Shown here one piece after another: positions 38,623 to 47,697 of a stretch of 64,000 nucleotides of DNA. Source of the DNA: an uncultured bacterium (GTDB taxonomy: Bacteria; Zixibacteria; MSB-5A5; JAABVY01; JAHJOQ01); contig CBDUQR010000007.1 in the NCBI GenBank assembly GCA_965369655.1, forward strand, positions 1 to 64,000, given 5' to 3'. The translations under genes and the position numbers were made by a program. Under the pieces are notes generated by a model that was not told the DNA's origin, did not search any database, and saw only the letters and a program-made list of their open reading frames with translations. Position 1 is the stretch's first letter; every line of letters starts with the position of its first letter.

Positions 38623-39753
38623 TCACGGTGTAACTGGTGCATCAGACTCAATGAACTCTGGATCGTAAATATCCTCAACCGGTGAAATGCCGAGGTAGCC
38701 ACCCAACATCCCAGTTGACTGATCAAACAAGTTTTGATCAGGGTATTGGCTAAACTTGAAGTAAGCTGCCAAACCGGATTCATCCCCAGTTAGGCAATTG
38801 TACATATTAGTTTGAATTTCTTCTTGAGATCGAACGTAGTTCCAGATGCGTACCTCATCAATAGTGCCGCGGAGGGATTCTCCCAGAACGTTATTGTTGC
38901 CGAGGACTATTACTCCATCTGTATCTGCAATAGGGGTAGTGTACGGACTCGTTGCTACAGGTTCACCCGAAACATAGAGAACACCTCCAACATCGCTATA
39001 TGTCCAAGAAATATGAACCCATTGCAATGAAGGGAGTGATCCATAATACACCGCTTGGCTAATCTGCGGATACTTGTATGCTCGAAGCATCCCAGTGCTA
39101 TAGTGAATCTTGAACGCCCAGTCATTGCTGGTATTTTTCTGACTGATCAGAGTCCGGGTAATTCCGCTTACCCAATCAGAGTTTACCCACATCTCAACCG
39201 TTATGCCGGCACTAAAATCAAAAGCAGCTTGATCAGGAATAGTGATCATGCGTTCTGATCCATCGAAGAATATCGCAAAGTCGGGCACATATACGTCCGC
39301 TGTGAAATCAACGTATAGAGAATCTGCAGTAAATACTGTTGCTCTAACTACATTCGTCTCTGGCGTGTAGCCCAACATATATAGTGCATCGCTGAATCCC
39401 TGATCATCAGTAACTATCATTTGGTCTGAAATAATACCCAATCCGGAGATAACTTCCCAAGCAATGGGCACGTTGTCGAGCGGTTGCATAGTTGAATCGA
39501 GAACTTGGATTACGAACGGTTCGCTAAGAAGCGTATTCAAACTATCAATTTGTCCATCACCTGAGATCAAAGTGATTCTGGCAGGAGGTGGAGCGGAACA
39601 AGGTGGTGGTCCTGATGCGAAAATGTACTGGATTGTGTATACGACATCGTCAATATCCACAATATCATCACAATTAACATCACCGTTTGGGATTTCTGCG
39701 AAAACACATGTCGCGGTCAACAACGACGCTAAAATCAGTGTCAGGCATCTCAT
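38623..39753 (-). CDS. Secreted protein: N-terminal dockerin-like repeat, Ig-like domain, LamG/concanavalin-like domain
   Basis: GDVNCDDIVDIDDVVYTIQYIF; SGDGQ; TVEMWV, WVHIS, GTIDEVRIWNYVRSQEEI. Confidence 0.85.
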   Translation of the reverse strand: MRCLTLILASLLTATCVFAEIPNGDVNCDDIVDIDDVVYTIQYIFASGPPPCSAPPPARITLISGDGQIDSLNTLLSEPFVIQVLDSTMQPLDNVPIAWEVISGLGIISDQMIVTDDQGFSDALYMLGYTPETNVVRATVFTADSLYVDFTADVYVPDFAIFFDGSERMITIPDQAAFDFSAGITVEMWVNSDWVSGITRTLISQKNTSNDWAFKIHYSTGMLRAYKYPQISQAVYYGSLPSLQWVHISWTYSDVGGVLYVSGEPVATSPYTTPIADTDGVIVLGNNNVLGESLRGTIDEVRIWNYVRSQEEIQTNMYNCLTGDESGLAAYFKFSQYPDQNLFDQSTGMLGGYLGISPVEDIYDPEFIESDAPVTP

Positions 39754-39855
39754 GATTCTCTCCCGCTTATATTCTGGACAAATTGGTACAGGTCTAATAT
39801 AGCAGAATCAGTTCGTAAGTCAATGGAATCCACGATGGTTCCGCCAAAGTTTTGC

Positions 39856-39883
39856 TTGACAGCATTGTTGATTGGGGTATATT
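39856..39883 (+). promoter_or_regulatory. Putative promoter of the rpsU operon
   Basis: TTGACA-16 nt-TATATT. Confidence 0.55.
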
Positions 39884-39943
39884 CGGGAGGAAATTGTAAC
39901 GTAAAGTTATGTCCTCTTTGGCGTTGGAAGGAGGTGAATTCAT

Positions 39944-40141
39944 TTGCCAGGTGTTAGAGTTCGTGATGATGAATCGTTTGAGAAAGCTCTGAGACGTTTT
40001 AACAAGTTCTGCGAGAAAAGCGGAGTCCTGTCGGACATCAAGAAGAATCAGCATTTTGAAAAACCCTCCGACCGTAGGAAACGCAAGATAAATGCGGCGA
40101 AACGCAAAGCTCGCCGCTCGAAAATTAAACCGAGAAGATAG
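39944..40141 (+). CDS. rpsU: 30S ribosomal protein S21
   Basis: ESFEKALRRF.K..EKSG, HFEKPS; AAGGAGGTG RBS, TTG start. Confidence 0.97.
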   Translation: MPGVRVRDDESFEKALRRFNKFCEKSGVLSDIKKNQHFEKPSDRRKRKINAAKRKARRSKIKPRR

Positions 40142-40165
40142 TCGATCCACGGAGCAGGTGATCCG

Positions 40166-40609
40166 ATGAGCATCGTGGACAAAATCAATTCCGACCTGGT
40201 CGCTGCCATGAAGGGCAAAGAGCGCGACCGGGTGACCGAGTTGCGGAGCCTGAAGTCGGCGATCAAATATCGTCAGATCGACAAAGGCTCGGATCTCACG
40301 GATGATGATGTTATCCAGGTGCTTTCATCTGTTGCGAGGAAGCATAGAGACTCTATCGAGCAGTACGAGAAGGGAGGCAGGGCTGATCTCGTTGAAAGCG
40401 AGAAAGCCGAGCTTGAGATCGTAGTGCAGTATCTGCCCGAGCAGCTCGGACCCGACGAGGTCGGGAAGCTGGTCGATGAGGTGATCGAGGAGCTTGGAGT
40501 CTCGAATGCATCGGATTTCGGTGCTGTGATGAAGACTGTCATGCCGAAGGTGAAAGGGCGCGCCGACGGCAAGCTGGTCAGGGAGATAGTCACAAAAAGG
40601 CTGTCGTGA
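40166..40609 (+). CDS. yqeY: GatB/YqeY domain protein
   Basis: AAMK.K, RDSIEQY..GGR.DL, YLPEQL, GRADGK. Confidence 0.93.
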   Translation: MSIVDKINSDLVAAMKGKERDRVTELRSLKSAIKYRQIDKGSDLTDDDVIQVLSSVARKHRDSIEQYEKGGRADLVESEKAELEIVVQYLPEQLGPDEVGKLVDEVIEELGVSNASDFGAVMKTVMPKVKGRADGKLVREIVTKRLS

Positions 40610-40665
40610 GTATCAGTCGTTGATTCGACGACTGGGTTGATGATAAGAGAGCAGGGAGGCTGTGT

Positions 40666-41319
40666 ATGAACTGGTTCGATATCGCACTGGTAGCACTATT
40701 GCTCGTCACAATGAGCATCGGTTCGAAAAAGGGGCTGATCCGTGAGTTGATGGCGTTCTTCGCGCTCGTGCTGGGTGTCGTCGTCACGATCAACAACGTG
40801 GATTTCATCGCGCTGGAGGTTGCGCGGCATATCAACGCATCTCCGATCATTATCGGTACAATATCCTTCGTCGTGTTGCTCGCGGTGCTGTACGGCGTGT
40901 TCAGGCTTGCAGGATTCGTCTTCTATAAAGTGGGCGATCTGCAGAAGCTCGGAAAGCGGGATAAGATCGGCGGTGCGGTTATGGGCGCTGTCAGAGGCTG
41001 GGTTGTCCTTGGCCTTGTCCTGTTTCTGGTGACACTCCTGCCGATGCCGAGCGCGTACTACAGGGCTGTCGACGATTCAATCCTGACCGGGCCGATGATG
41101 CGGACGATGCCGCTTCTGTTCGATGGAACTGCGGCTCTGCATCCGAGGAGCGGGTCTTTTGTCGAGACGATCGAGGAGTCGGTCAGCCAGACCAATCTGG
41201 TGTTGCAGATGCATCACAAGGCGACATATTCCGATCCATCTTCCAGATTGCAGCGCCGCGACGGCCTGGACATGGTGCTGAACAATCTCGATAAGTACTT
41301 CAGGGACCAACTGCCGTAG
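40666..41319 (+). CDS. CvpA family membrane protein
   Basis: MNWFDI...G.KKGLIRE, DKIGGAVMGAVRG; four TM segments. Confidence 0.85.
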   Translation: MNWFDIALVALLLVTMSIGSKKGLIRELMAFFALVLGVVVTINNVDFIALEVARHINASPIIIGTISFVVLLAVLYGVFRLAGFVFYKVGDLQKLGKRDKIGGAVMGAVRGWVVLGLVLFLVTLLPMPSAYYRAVDDSILTGPMMRTMPLLFDGTAALHPRSGSFVETIEESVSQTNLVLQMHHKATYSDPSSRLQRRDGLDMVLNNLDKYFRDQLP

Positions 41320-41320
41320 C

Positions 41321-41410
41321 TGGCAGAATTGTAGGCCAAGCGGCCTGTCCGCTTGACACGAGCAAGAAATGTCAATCGGGCGGGCCGATTGACCTACTTC
41401 AATGGCAGAA
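41321..41410. repeat. Inverted GTAG-REP doublet (REPIN-like) flanked by an 8-bp direct repeat
   Basis: Units at 41331-41357 and rc 41371-41397; TGGCAGAA at 41321-41328 and 41403-41410. Confidence 0.8.
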
Positions 41411-41457
41411 CCGCTCCGTTTCACATCGGATTCTGCTCTACTCGACTGGAGACTCCA

Positions 41458-43215
41458 TCAGGTTTCCTGGCGCAGACGGTTGATTCTTGACAGCAGTTCT
41501 TCTATTTCGTCGTCGTCACCGGCGGCCTGCGCGTCTCGCAGTCTCGCCATATACTCGCTGAGTTGCACGTCCCTGTATACTTCGCGCAGTCTTATCATAT
41601 ACTCGGCCAGGGTAATTTCCGGGTCTCCGAACTCCTGCCCCGAGTTCATCAGTCGTGTGAGCGTCTGCCTGCTTTCGTCTGATTCAATCCTGTCGACAAG
41701 CTTCGAGAAGTAGCTATCCGGTGGACTATTGCCGATCAGGCGTATCGCGGTACGGAGAATATCTCCGAGATGATTATCGGTAAAGTCATCGGGATTGATC
41801 TCGTCAGTCACTTGTTCGATAAGATGCGGATTAGACAGCAGCAGTCTGACGATCTCCTCTTCGAGGTCATTCTTCGATGATGCGATCCTTCCTGCATATG
41901 CAGCGACCGGTCTTCCTGGCTTTTCAGGTTTGATACTGCGACTGAGAATTTCTTCGGATATTCCATACACATTGGAAATCTCTTTAAGCATGAGTGCGCG
42001 CAGGACTTCATCGGCAATCAGGCCAACCAATCGAAGTTGAGATTTCAGGAGCGCCTGCTGTCCGGCCCGGTTCATGTTTTCATACGGCGGATCGGCTGCT
42101 TCTTTGATGAAGCGGAAATAGCTGCCGGCATTCCTGATCAGTTCGGTCAGACTCTCGCTGCCCTCCCGCCTGATGAACGAATCGGGATCATCGCCGGCCG
42201 GCAGGCATGCCACTCGGACATCGATCTCGACCGCGAACAAGTGTTCGGCGCAGCGTTCGGCGGCGCTAATTCCGGCGGCGTCGGCATCGAAGAGCAATGC
42301 GACCGAATCGGCGTATCGCCTGAGAAGCAGCGCATGGTCTTTCGTAAACGATGTGCCCGAAGCCGCTACTGCGTTCCTGACGCCTGACTGGTACAGGGAG
42401 AGGAAGTCCATGTATCCCTCAACGATCAGCGCCTCCCGTCGGCTTCTGATCTCTGCGCGGGAATGGCTGAGGCCGTACAGCACTCTGCTTTTGTTGTAGA
42501 GCGGGCTGTCGGGAGAATTCATATACTTGATGCTGTCCTGTGACGACAATGCTCTCGCGCCGAAACCGATCACGCGGCGGGAGAAGTCGAATATCGGGAA
42601 CATCAGGCGTTGTCGGAAGCGATCGTAGACGCCGTCGCCCGATTCCCTGCGAATCACCAGACCGGCGTCGAGAAGTTCCTTTTCCTTGAAATCCTTCGCT
42701 CTCAGCGCAGTCAGAAGATTATCCCAGCCGTCCGGGGCATATCCGATCTGGAACTCGGCTATTGTCTCGTCATCTATGCCGCGCTTCTCAATGACGTATT
42801 CGAGCACACGTTTGCCGTCTTCCGACTGGTGCAGCATGTCGGCGAAGAAGGCCGTCGCCTGTTCGTTGGCGAAGTAGAGCCGTGCGTATCTGTCGGCGAC
42901 ACCCGGATCACGCTTCGCTTCGGGGAGCGGGATGTTCGCCCGTTTGGCGAGATACTTCACCGCATCAGGGAAAGACATCTGTTCGTGTTCCATGAGAAAC
43001 GTGAGGACATTGCCGCCTTTTCCGCAACCGAAACAGTGATATATCTGTTTGTCCTGCGACACAGAGAACGACGGCGTTTTCTCGTGATGGAAAGGGCAGA
43101 GGCAGATATGATTCCGCCCACGCTTCTTGAGAGGCAGAAACTCCATGAGCACATCGATGATGTCCGAAGCATCGCGGACCTGGTCGATGACGCTTTCTGA
43201 ATACAGCGGCGACAT
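41458..43215 (-). CDS. dnaG: DNA primase
   Basis: CPFHHEKTPSF...CFGCGKGG, DRFRQRLMFPI, KYMNSP, VEGYMD, FDADAAG, DPD; start MSPLYSES. Confidence 0.97.
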   Translation of the reverse strand: MSPLYSESVIDQVRDASDIIDVLMEFLPLKKRGRNHICLCPFHHEKTPSFSVSQDKQIYHCFGCGKGGNVLTFLMEHEQMSFPDAVKYLAKRANIPLPEAKRDPGVADRYARLYFANEQATAFFADMLHQSEDGKRVLEYVIEKRGIDDETIAEFQIGYAPDGWDNLLTALRAKDFKEKELLDAGLVIRRESGDGVYDRFRQRLMFPIFDFSRRVIGFGARALSSQDSIKYMNSPDSPLYNKSRVLYGLSHSRAEIRSRREALIVEGYMDFLSLYQSGVRNAVAASGTSFTKDHALLLRRYADSVALLFDADAAGISAAERCAEHLFAVEIDVRVACLPAGDDPDSFIRREGSESLTELIRNAGSYFRFIKEAADPPYENMNRAGQQALLKSQLRLVGLIADEVLRALMLKEISNVYGISEEILSRSIKPEKPGRPVAAYAGRIASSKNDLEEEIVRLLLSNPHLIEQVTDEINPDDFTDNHLGDILRTAIRLIGNSPPDSYFSKLVDRIESDESRQTLTRLMNSGQEFGDPEITLAEYMIRLREVYRDVQLSEYMARLRDAQAAGDDDEIEELLSRINRLRQET

Positions 43216-43308
43216 GGTATGAATATATGAGTTGGCGATTAGAGTGTCAATCACATGGGGAGAATGATTTTGGTTGCACTTGGCCGGTTGGCGCATAGAT
43301 TTAGGCCG

Positions 43309-44145
43309 ATGGAGCCGGTAGAATACATTGATGTCGACGGCATCAGGATTGCATACACATTGAGTGGCGACGGCAAACCGCTCGTGTTCCTGCACGGGTT
43401 CACATATTCGAGTTACAGCTTCAGGCACAACATACCGATTCTCTCGAAGTTCTCCCGGATGATCTGTCCCGATCTCGTTGGGCACGGTAAGTCGGACAAG
43501 CCGGGCTGGTTTGATTACAGTCTGCCGAATCAGGCGTTGCTGCTCCGCAGATTCTGCGAAGAGCTCGACCTCGAGAAAATCGATCTTGGTGGTTGCTCGA
43601 TGGGTGGTGCACTCGCTATGCAGTTCGCACTTACTTATCCGGATATCGTAGATCGCCTTATACTCATCGACTCTGCCGGGATCGATGACGACGTGAGATC
43701 GTCAGCCAGGTATCTCGACATCCCGATTCTCGGATATGTCTTCACGCTGATTGCGACTGTCCGTTTCAGGCGAAGCACGCGGTACCGTATGACTTTGGAC
43801 GAGGAACATGATAGTGAATATGACGATTATCTGGGTGAACTCGGAAGCCTGTCATCTCTTTTTGCGGGCATGCGGAACCTGCGAGCGAACAGGACATTCA
43901 GGATCGATGGGATCGAGAGAATCACGCAGAAGACACTGATCGTGTGGGGAGAAAATGACGAGCTGTTTTCTTTAGATACGGCTCGCATGATGGCAAAGAG
44001 TATTCCGAACTCCAGATTGATACTCCTGCCGGATGCGGGGCATCTTCCGAACGAGGAGAAGCCGGCTGATTTCAACCAGGTCGTGGTCGACTTCCTGCTC
44101 GATAGGATACCATGGCCGATGGATCGCGAGCGGTATCATGAATGA
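43309..44145 (+). CDS. Alpha/beta fold hydrolase
   Basis: FLHGF, DLVGHGKS, GCSMGG, WGEND, AGHLP. Confidence 0.92.
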   Translation: MEPVEYIDVDGIRIAYTLSGDGKPLVFLHGFTYSSYSFRHNIPILSKFSRMICPDLVGHGKSDKPGWFDYSLPNQALLLRRFCEELDLEKIDLGGCSMGGALAMQFALTYPDIVDRLILIDSAGIDDDVRSSARYLDIPILGYVFTLIATVRFRRSTRYRMTLDEEHDSEYDDYLGELGSLSSLFAGMRNLRANRTFRIDGIERITQKTLIVWGENDELFSLDTARMMAKSIPNSRLILLPDAGHLPNEEKPADFNQVVVDFLLDRIPWPMDRERYHE

Positions 44146-44788
44146 ACATCGAATCGAACCTGAGATCACCATGCTCTCAGTCGGAATGCTCGAGGTCAAC
44201 TGCATACTGGTCTGCGACCCGACGAGTCGTAAGGCGATTGTGGTCGATCCGGGCGACGAGGCCGAAAGAATAGCAGGCGAAACCGAACGACTTGACATTA
44301 CGGCTGAATTGATCGTCGTTACGCATGGCCATGGCGATCACATCGGCGCTGTGGATGAACTGAGAAAACTTCTCTCCGTGCCGGTTGCGACAGGCAGGAA
44401 AGACGCCGACATGTTTACCGACGCGAATCTCAATCTATCCGCCGGGCTGGGACTGAAGCTGGAACTTGCGCCCGCAGACATCCTGCTCTATGACGGCGAC
44501 AAGGTTCGGTGCGGCGATATCGAGTTCGACGTGATCGACACGCCGGGACACACTGTCGGCAGCATTTCGCTGGTGTATGGCGGGCATGCAATCGTGGGTG
44601 ATGTGATATTCCAGGGATCGATCGGTCGGACCGATCTGCCCGGCGGATCGTTCGAGACGCTGCTTTGTTCAATCAAAGAGAAAATACTGACTCTGCCGGA
44701 CGAGACAATCATCTATCCCGGTCATGGTCCGGCGACGACTGTTGGATCGGAGAGAAGGACCAATCCATTTATTGTCGGAGAATATTAA
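44138..44788 (+). CDS. MBL-fold metallo-hydrolase (glyoxalase II-like)
   Basis: THGHGDHIG, TPGHT.GS, GDVIF.GSIGRTDLPGG, YPGHG. Confidence 0.93.
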   Translation: MNEHRIEPEITMLSVGMLEVNCILVCDPTSRKAIVVDPGDEAERIAGETERLDITAELIVVTHGHGDHIGAVDELRKLLSVPVATGRKDADMFTDANLNLSAGLGLKLELAPADILLYDGDKVRCGDIEFDVIDTPGHTVGSISLVYGGHAIVGDVIFQGSIGRTDLPGGSFETLLCSIKEKILTLPDETIIYPGHGPATTVGSERRTNPFIVGEY

Positions 44789-45618
44789 TGTCATTTATGT
44801 ACCCGATGACCGACGCGCATGTTCATCCCGATTTCTCGATAGACTCGAAGGGATCGATTGAGGAATACTGCAACAGAGCGCTCGAGCTTGGGCTGGTTGA
44901 GATCATCTTCACGACTCACGTAAACACCAATCCGAACTTCCCCGACCGAAGCATGATGCTGGTGGATGGCAGGCGCGTACCAACGTCTGTCGACTCGATC
45001 AAGCGATATGCCGATGATGTCTGGAGCGCGCGCGAGAAATACTACGAAATCGGACTGATGGTAAAATGCGGCGTCGAGGTCGATTTCTTCCCTGAGATCT
45101 CCGACGAGATTCTAAGGGCGCTCGAAGATAGGTTGATCGAATACAGACTTGTGGGAGTCCACCGAATCGACGGACTTACATTTGGGAACAAGGGTGAAAC
45201 ACTCAAGCTGTATGACAGGTATGGTGTCCCGGAGCTTCTTGAAAAGTACTACGCGCTCGTGAAGCAGGCATCCACATACAGACTATTCGATTCTGTTGCG
45301 CATCTCGATTACTACAGAAGATACGCCCCGGAAGATAAGCTCGATGAAGTCATGCGAATTGATTTCGACTTCATCGATGATACTCTGGAATCGCTTGTTG
45401 AGAATGAAATCAGTATCGAAGTCAACACGTCGGCATTGAGGCATGGCCACAAGGAATACTATCCCAGTATGGCGCTTCTGAACAAAGTTCGGAAAGCGGG
45501 AGTCCTGATCCGCTACCTCGGATCGGATGCACACTCTCCCGAACATCTGGCTCACGACTTCGACAACGGCGAATTGATTGTCTATGAAACAAACGTCTAT
45601 GATTTCGAGGAAGGTTGA
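44788..45618 (+). CDS. PHP-family phosphatase (HisJ/HisK-like)
   Basis: DAHVH..FS.D, GVEVD, AHLD, EVNTS, GSDAH. Confidence 0.88.
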   Translation: MSFMYPMTDAHVHPDFSIDSKGSIEEYCNRALELGLVEIIFTTHVNTNPNFPDRSMMLVDGRRVPTSVDSIKRYADDVWSAREKYYEIGLMVKCGVEVDFFPEISDEILRALEDRLIEYRLVGVHRIDGLTFGNKGETLKLYDRYGVPELLEKYYALVKQASTYRLFDSVAHLDYYRRYAPEDKLDEVMRIDFDFIDDTLESLVENEISIEVNTSALRHGHKEYYPSMALLNKVRKAGVLIRYLGSDAHSPEHLAHDFDNGELIVYETNVYDFEEG

Positions 45619-46192
45619 GCGGTCCGCGCTGCCGCGTGACTTCTATGAACGTCCCACAAGAGAAGTCGCTCGTGATCTGATCGGGAAGATATTCGTTCGG
45701 CGCCTGAATGACATCTGGCTGAGCGGGCGAATAGTCGAAGTCGAGGCGTACATCGGCGAGGATGATCCGGCATGCCATGCTCGATTCGGTCCCACGGATC
45801 GCAATCGCATTATGTATGGCAGGGGAGGGGTTACATACGTATATTTCATTTATGGAATGTACAGCATGCTCAATTTCGTCACCGAGCCGGAAGGCCGGGC
45901 GGCTGCCGTTTTGATCAGGGGGATTGAACCAATCGAAGGGCTGGAGACAATGATGCGATTGCGAGGTTGCGACAAGAGCGCGAACCTGACGAACGGTCCG
46001 GGGAAAATCTGCCAGGCGTTTTCGCTCGACACATCGCAGTCGGGGATAGATCTTACCGGCAGCGAGATGTTTGTGACCGAAGGCGACCGTGGACGGTTCT
46101 CGATTGCGACTTCTCCTCGCATCGGAATAAAGGATGGAACCGATCGCAAGTGGCGGTTTTACATTAAGGAAAACCCGTTCGTTTCGAAATGA
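45584..46192 (+). CDS. DNA-3-methyladenine glycosylase (MPG/AAG family)
   Basis: GRIVEVEAY, D.ACH, YVYFIYGMY, AVLIRGIEP, NGPGK, RIGI; start uncertain. Confidence 0.93.
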   Translation: MKQTSMISRKVERSALPRDFYERPTREVARDLIGKIFVRRLNDIWLSGRIVEVEAYIGEDDPACHARFGPTDRNRIMYGRGGVTYVYFIYGMYSMLNFVTEPEGRAAAVLIRGIEPIEGLETMMRLRGCDKSANLTNGPGKICQAFSLDTSQSGIDLTGSEMFVTEGDRGRFSIATSPRIGIKDGTDRKWRFYIKENPFVSK

Positions 46193-46228
46193 GAATCGAA
46201 TTGGATCGGAATATAGAGGAAAAACTGA

Positions 46229-46873
46229 ATGAGTCCTGAAATTGTCCATGCACTGATGGCAATTCCCATTTTCCTGTTTTCGCTCACGGTGCATGAATTC
46301 TCTCACGGGTACATCGCCTACAAGTTCGGTGATCCGACAGCGTTCAACGCCGGACGGTTGACGTTCAACCCGCTTCCGCATATCGATCCGATGGGGGCGC
46401 TTGTGTTCATCCTTTCCGGGTTCAGGTTCGGATGGGCGAAACCTGTGCCGATAATGCCACACTACTTCAGGGATTACAAAAAAGGCATTCTCTGGACTGC
46501 CGCTGCCGGACCGATATCGAATATGATTATCGCGCTCGGATTCGGGATACTGTTCAGGTCGGTTCACGTCATGATCCCGGTCGGTCAGTTCTATGAGATC
46601 GCGTTGCGCTTTTGCGCTTACGGAGTTTTGATAAACTGCGCACTCGCGTTTTTCAATATGATCCCCCTTCCGCCGCTGGATGGCTCCAAAGTCCTGTTCG
46701 GTTTGCTGCCGCACAAGTATGATCACATTGCTATCCAGCTCGAACGAATCGGACCGTTCGGATTGATGATCCTGATCGGAATCGGTTTCCTGACCGGTCA
46801 CTCAGCTATCTGGATGATTATCGGACCATTCGTAGGATTCTTCTTCAGCTTCTTCACCGGTGTCCCGTATTAG
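46229..46873 (+). CDS. Site-2 protease (M50)
   Basis: HEFSH, GDPTA..GRLT.NP, FGWAKPVP, NMIPLPPLDG. Confidence 0.95.
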   Translation: MSPEIVHALMAIPIFLFSLTVHEFSHGYIAYKFGDPTAFNAGRLTFNPLPHIDPMGALVFILSGFRFGWAKPVPIMPHYFRDYKKGILWTAAAGPISNMIIALGFGILFRSVHVMIPVGQFYEIALRFCAYGVLINCALAFFNMIPLPPLDGSKVLFGLLPHKYDHIAIQLERIGPFGLMILIGIGFLTGHSAIWMIIGPFVGFFFSFFTGVPY

Positions 46874-46874
46874 C

Positions 46875-47624
46875 ATGACACGCTGGCTAACACTTGCAGC
46901 GAGCTTTGCGGCAGGTTTGTTGCTGCTCACAGGATGTTCTCAGACGCGAGTGTTTCACGACATTTCGGACATCGAAACGCATTCGGTCGATCTGTTAAAT
47001 CGTCACACGGAAATTGCGAGACATGAGACCACAGCACAGTTGGCACAGATGACGATCAGGTCGCCGAAACTCACAAAACGATTCAATGTTGAGATCTATC
47101 ACAGGAATGATTCGACGGCGTTCTTCTCGGGCGGGTTTGTCGGCAAGGGGAGCTTCAAGGGAATCATGTCCGGTTCAATGCTGCAATTCCTGATGATGGG
47201 CGAGAAGCAGTTCTACGATGGGCCGATGTCCGGCCTGATCCGTCCCGATCTTGGGCGCTACGGCTATGTCGCAGCGAGACTGAGATCGATCCTTGCTGGC
47301 AGGCTTCTATGTCGTCCCGATGGTGTGCCCGCTGAAGATATGTGCGCGATGTGGGAAGAAGAACTTCATGTGAGAAAAAACAAGGTGAGGAAGCTTGTTT
47401 TTCGCAGCATGCCCGACCCGATCCGGATAGAGGTCAACCTGTACAGGTTCAAAGACAAGTTCCCGTTCTATCAGATCAAGCAAATCAAGCTTGTGAACGA
47501 TGACAACGGCGCGACTATTAAGCTGAGATTTATCGAACAGCGATGCGGCCCGGTCCCGGATATCAAGTTCAGCATGCCCGATGTCTCCGGCTGGGAACGG
47601 ATAGAGTATTTCGAGTTGGATTAG
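46875..47624 (+). CDS. Hypothetical lipoprotein
   Basis: Lipobox LLTGC; ~249 aa. Confidence 0.75.
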   Translation: MTRWLTLAASFAAGLLLLTGCSQTRVFHDISDIETHSVDLLNRHTEIARHETTAQLAQMTIRSPKLTKRFNVEIYHRNDSTAFFSGGFVGKGSFKGIMSGSMLQFLMMGEKQFYDGPMSGLIRPDLGRYGYVAARLRSILAGRLLCRPDGVPAEDMCAMWEEELHVRKNKVRKLVFRSMPDPIRIEVNLYRFKDKFPFYQIKQIKLVNDDNGATIKLRFIEQRCGPVPDIKFSMPDVSGWERIEYFELD

Positions 47625-47630
47625 CAAAGC

Positions 47631-47680
47631 GTCAGGATCGCCCTTCGCAAGGCTCAGGACAGGCAGGGATCCTGACCGAC
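47631..47680 (-). repeat. REP-like hairpin (GTCAGGATC/GATCCTGAC) with 23-nt insert
   Basis: Insert CCTTCGCAAGGCTCAGGACAGGC at 47642-47664. Confidence 0.75.
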
Positions 47681-47697
47681 AAGACCGGAGGTTTAGC

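Noticed and set aside
41321-41436. Possible tRNA on the minus strand (ends ...TTCTGCCA)
   Set aside because: No T-loop GTTCRA and no cloverleaf; explained by a REP doublet plus direct repeat.
45422-46801. 459-aa minus-strand ORF and similar long antisense ORFs (e.g. 2251-2991, 16166-16906)
   Set aside because: They are shadows of well-supported genes on the opposite strand and carry no recognisable motifs.
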